DNA from: Utricularia gibba
Lineage: Eukaryota > Plantae > Magnoliophyta
Assembly (NCBI GenBank): GCA_002189035.1
Contig: NEEC01000023.1
Location: 1-64,000 of the forward strand
DNA: 64,000 nt
Reading direction: 5' to 3'
Numbering within the stretch: the stretch's first letter is position 1; each line of letters opens with the position of its first letter. The notes under the pieces are model-generated. The model saw only the letters and a program-made list of their open reading frames with translations. It did not search any database and was not told the origin of the DNA. The translations under genes were made by a program, and so were the position numbers. Below, piece after piece: positions 59,922 through 64,000 of the stretch.

Positions 59922-62900
59922 ATGGAAGATAACAATGTCCCTCTGCTCAAGAAGAAATGTGACAACTGTGAAGCCTGCAAAGTTGATAGATTTAAAGAAA
60001 CACATCATGGAATCCCCTTCAAGCTTCTATTTTTTGTCTGGATCGTTACTCTCTCTGCAGGTTTCTTGCCTGCTTTTTCTTATCAGATTGTTTCGCTTTC
60101 TTGTTGCCGTAGACCTTGATTTTTTTGTCACTTTCTTGTTACATTATCCATTGGCGACGAAAGATTTCTGGTCTTGAACCTCGCTTTATGGAGAGGCCGC
60201 TTTATTTTCTCTGTCTCTTGATCTTTCATTATGAAAAGGAAAAAGAAAACTAATGGTGGGTGTTTAGTTGCACATTCGGAAATCCCAATTACAAATAATC
60301 TTTGTGTTGATTCTTTTGTATCTCTTTTCTAAAATGTATATGCTGATGTCTGTTAACTGTTCGTCTTCTTGTTTCTTTGGCAGCTTTACCAATCTCTTCT
60401 CTCTTTCCTTTCCTTTATTTCATGGTAATTATACCCTTCTTCTTGCCCTGCAAACCATCGTTATTTTATAGCTTGAAACATTTTGCAATCCTATGTATAT
60501 TGAATTTGTACGTTGGAATCTTGATTTTGTAGCATGACACATGAATTTCTGTTGTTTCCAATCGATACTTATCTATGAGCTTTGCAGATTCAGGACTTCA
60601 ATATTGCTAAAAGAGAGGAAGATGTTAGTTACTATGCTGGATATGTAGGTTAGATCCTCGCCAAAAGTGATTCAGCTTGAACGAAACATGTTCTTAAAAT
60701 TATACCTCATACACATAATGGATGTTTCTTGCAGGTTCGGCATTCATGCTTGGAAGAGGTCTGACTTCTCTACTTTGGGGTGTGGTGGCTGATAAGTATG
60801 GCCGTAAACCAGTGATGCTGATTAGCACGCTTTCTGTGTGAGTGTGGATATTTATTCCAGCTTCTTTCTGGTTTTTTTTCTTTCGCTAGAGAGTTAACAT
60901 TCTTCTATTGATTTTTAACCTTTATTTTTAATGAATTGTTTCATATCCAGGGTTATCTTGAATATCATTTTTGGCCTTAGCATGAACTTTTGGATGGCAG
61001 TTTTATCAAGGTTCCTCCTTGGAAGCTTGTGTGGACTGCTTGGACCTATGAGGGTATATCCCATGCCACAAAATATATCCAGGCCATACAAGTGACAGGG
61101 GCATTCATCTAGCTTGTCCATAGAATCTAATTTTATTCTGTTTTACAGGCATATGTCTCTGAAATTTGTCGTAGAGAACACCATGCATTGGGGATGTCAG
61201 TTGTGAGACATTCTATCCCTTCTCTGTCTTCTTCTCAGTCTTTGACAACCTCGTCTTCATATTCTTATCCAAATTTTGCTTACATGGTTGAACTTAGATG
61301 AGCACATCTTGGGGCATAGGTTTGGTCATTGGGCCTGCTGTTGGTGGTTTTTTCGCACAGGTATTGCCTTCGTTTTTCAGCCTAAGGGGAGACACAATCA
61401 AAATCTCATTGATTTCTCAGCAGAAAGGGGTCAAAAAAATCATGAACAAGTCATATTCAAAATCTCATTGATTTCAAACAGCTAGAAGTCTCAAACTCTC
61501 TTTACTGTAATACTTCATTTGGTGTTCAGAAATTATTCTTATTGACAAACTAGATAGCTGACTTTCTATGTACTTCATGTAATTTTAGCCAGTGGAGAAG
61601 TATCCTCACATTTTTTGGAAAGGATCCATTTTTGAGAGGTAGCAAGACGTCCCATTCAGATTGTTTCATTGTGTGAGGCGATCTATTTCTTACAATTAAA
61701 TTCCATTGCAGGTTTCCATACTTTTTACCTTGTCTCGTGATATCACTCTTTGCATTCGCAGCATTCATCATATCTCTTTTGCTCCCTGTACGTTGGTTCA
61801 TTCTGTGCTTTCCGCTCAAATAAATTGATTCCTAGTTATTTTCGTTGTTAAATGAGCTGAAGCCATGTACTGAAACATTCAGATATTTCTAGTATCTTAG
61901 AATGTGGTCCATAGTTTATGATGCAGACGGCAGCTACAAAATTTCCTAAATGAAGAAAATGCTTATGTTCTCTGAATTTCACTTGGCCTGTATCTTTTTT
62001 CTGTTCAGGAAACTCTTCATATTCATAAAAAAGATGATGCTCCGCAAGATTTTGATCAGTTGGAACTGGAAAATGGTGACAATATTTCCAGTGATTTATC
62101 TGTAACAAAATTTTCAGAGCTTAAATACCCCATTCCTCGAAGGAGCTTATTGAAGAATTGGAAATTGATGTATGCTATTATCGTGTATTGTGTATTCCAG
62201 CTTCACGATATGGCTTACGTGGAGGTATTTTTGTTCTTGTCTTCAAATAATATGTGGGTTGGATTCACCAGAATATCAACCGGCCTCTACCGTCTTCCTT
62301 TGCTAGATATTCTCTTTGTGGGCTGTCAGTCCTAGGAAACTTGGGGCTTAAGCTATAGCACTGCTGATGTGGGTGAAGTTCTTGCCATTACAGGTATGGT
62401 TCCATTGTTTTAGTCTCTCACGCTCTGATATGGAGAACATGGTGAGCCTTGGTTTGAGTTTGCATCATCTCTCATCAACATGGAGAGTTTGCTGTCCCAA
62501 ATCTCAAACTGCAATGCACATTTACAAGGCTCACTAAAGAGAATTTGTGTAGCTTTTTTATGTATGTCTATTAATCATCCTCAGGAATGGGATTGCTGAT
62601 TTTTCAACTGCTCTTGTACCCTCAAGTGGAGAGATTACTAGGGCCGATCAATGTTTCTCGAATTGGTGGGGTACGAGTTCCGTTATCCAGTCAACACTAT
62701 TTCAGAATCTAAGCATTTGCTGTTGTAACCTTTTTATGATGGTTTTTTAATCCACAGTTTCTCACAATTCCCTTGTTGTCAAGCTACCCGTTCATTGCCA
62801 AGTTAACTGGTCTTGCCCTTGTGTTGGTCCTCAACAGTGCATCCGTGCTCAAGAATGTTCTCTCTGTGAGTTCTCACCATCTCTTTAACACACCATATGA

Positions 62901-63507
62901 TATAGCAGCTTGCATGAGCCTCCCTCCTGTCCTTGTTCAGGTGTCCATATCCACAGGGCTGCTAGTTGTTCAAAATCGAGTCGTTGTAAGTTTTCTGTCA
63001 CCCATTCACATTCCTCATCATCAAATCATACATGAGAAATTATATTCGGAGACGCCCGGTAGAGCAATGCTGACTAAAGATGTGTGTTTCAGTCACAAGA
63101 GCAGAGGGGTGCTGCAAATGGGATATCCATGACAGCCATGTCCCTTTTCAAGGCAGCCGGCCCTGCCGCCGGTGGCTCCTTGTACGTTACATCAAAAACC
63201 ATCCTCTGGTTTTTACCATGGAATCCCACCCTTGATGTCTCTCTGTCTGCTTTTGATTTTCTTCTCAGGCTCTCATGGGCTGAAGGCAGACAAGATGCTC
63301 GAGTGCTTCCGGGTACAACCAAGCACTAATATTTAGATCCATACTCTCTGTTAGTAATGGTAACCAAATGGGAGACATGTTGCAGGTGCCCATATGGTGT
63401 TCTTCATGCTAAACGTGGTTGAGTTTCTGGGGCTGCTGATGTCCTTTACGCCCCTTCTTGCTCTCCCTCGAGATGGTGGAGCAGCCACTGCTGACTCCAG
63501 CCCCTGA
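59922..63507 (+). CDS. ZIFL1: MFS transporter, ZINC INDUCED FACILITATOR-LIKE 1, 17 exons; apparent 1-bp frameshift at 62343-62346
   Basis: [14 protein letters not shown]|[20 protein letters not shown]; [13 protein letters not shown]; [16 protein letters not shown]|P; FPYFLPC; SLLKNWKLM; [22 protein letters not shown]. Confidence 0.9.
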
Positions 63508-64000
63508 TCATTGACTACCAGTTTGAAGAATTTTGTAGCAGGGGAACTGCAAGAGCAGATATGCAGATTCCGTCAAATGAACCCCAGGATGCTAACTACT
63601 ACTACTACTCTCTCCCTCTTCTTCAATTGTAGTTGCAGATTTTATCATCGGATTCAACTTCAGATCAGTGTTTAAAACCTTAATAAAGGGGTTCAGGGCC
63701 TAAACTAGGTTTTTTTATTTTAATACGATTTCGTTTATAATCCAAAGCGATTTAATATTCAGTTTTAAACGGTTCATGATTTAATTATGATTGGATCGCA
63801 ATTTAATTATGGTTTGATGTTTTCTATAAAAAAAGTATTAGATTTTTTAAGGTTTGAACTTCAATTGAATCTTTTGAATCATGAATTGTTTGTACAAACA
63901 GTTCATAATTTTTTTATAAACACTAATTCTAGATGAATTATTGTTTTGGTATAAGATTATCTATTTTAAATAATATATGTTAATTTATGAATATTTACAT

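Noticed and set aside
9773-62346. Programmed -1 ribosomal frameshifting as the explanation for the split ORFs
   Set aside because: No X XXY YYZ slippery heptamers or shared downstream structures at the six sites; homopolymer error is far more parsimonious.

Overview
Plant (eudicot-type) nuclear DNA from a compact, gene-dense genome; the species cannot be determined from the sequence alone. Bases 1 to about 6060 are the end of a ~356-bp tandem satellite array (about 17 monomers) that continues off the left edge. It is layered into sequence variants and decays towards the first gene. The remaining ~57 kb hold 17 recognisable protein genes: ALG2, TMN11, KNAT3-like, PB1-domain Raf-like MAPKKK, plastid methyltransferase, DnaJ-type Zn-finger protein, heptahelical HHP, FAD6, OTU2, DnaJ-DUF3444, USP-A, PWWP protein, SirB, STE20/MAP4K, OZI1/DUF1138, PPD6 and ZIFL1. 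There is also a Tourist-like MITE and a tRNA-Pro remnant. Main oddities: (i) six -1 frameshifts in five otherwise intact genes, each repairable by one extra G in a coding-strand G-run (most likely assembly error); (ii) a 66-codon ORF in the satellite monomer with several in-frame indels; (iii) a templated patchwork insertion at the junction of two satellite variants; (iv) a candidate unannotated spliced orphan gene/lncRNA head-to-head with SirB; (v) three GC-AG introns. Gene identities come from remembered similarity to Arabidopsis families, not from a database search. I found no clearly established new biological system; the candidates are ranked with their caveats.
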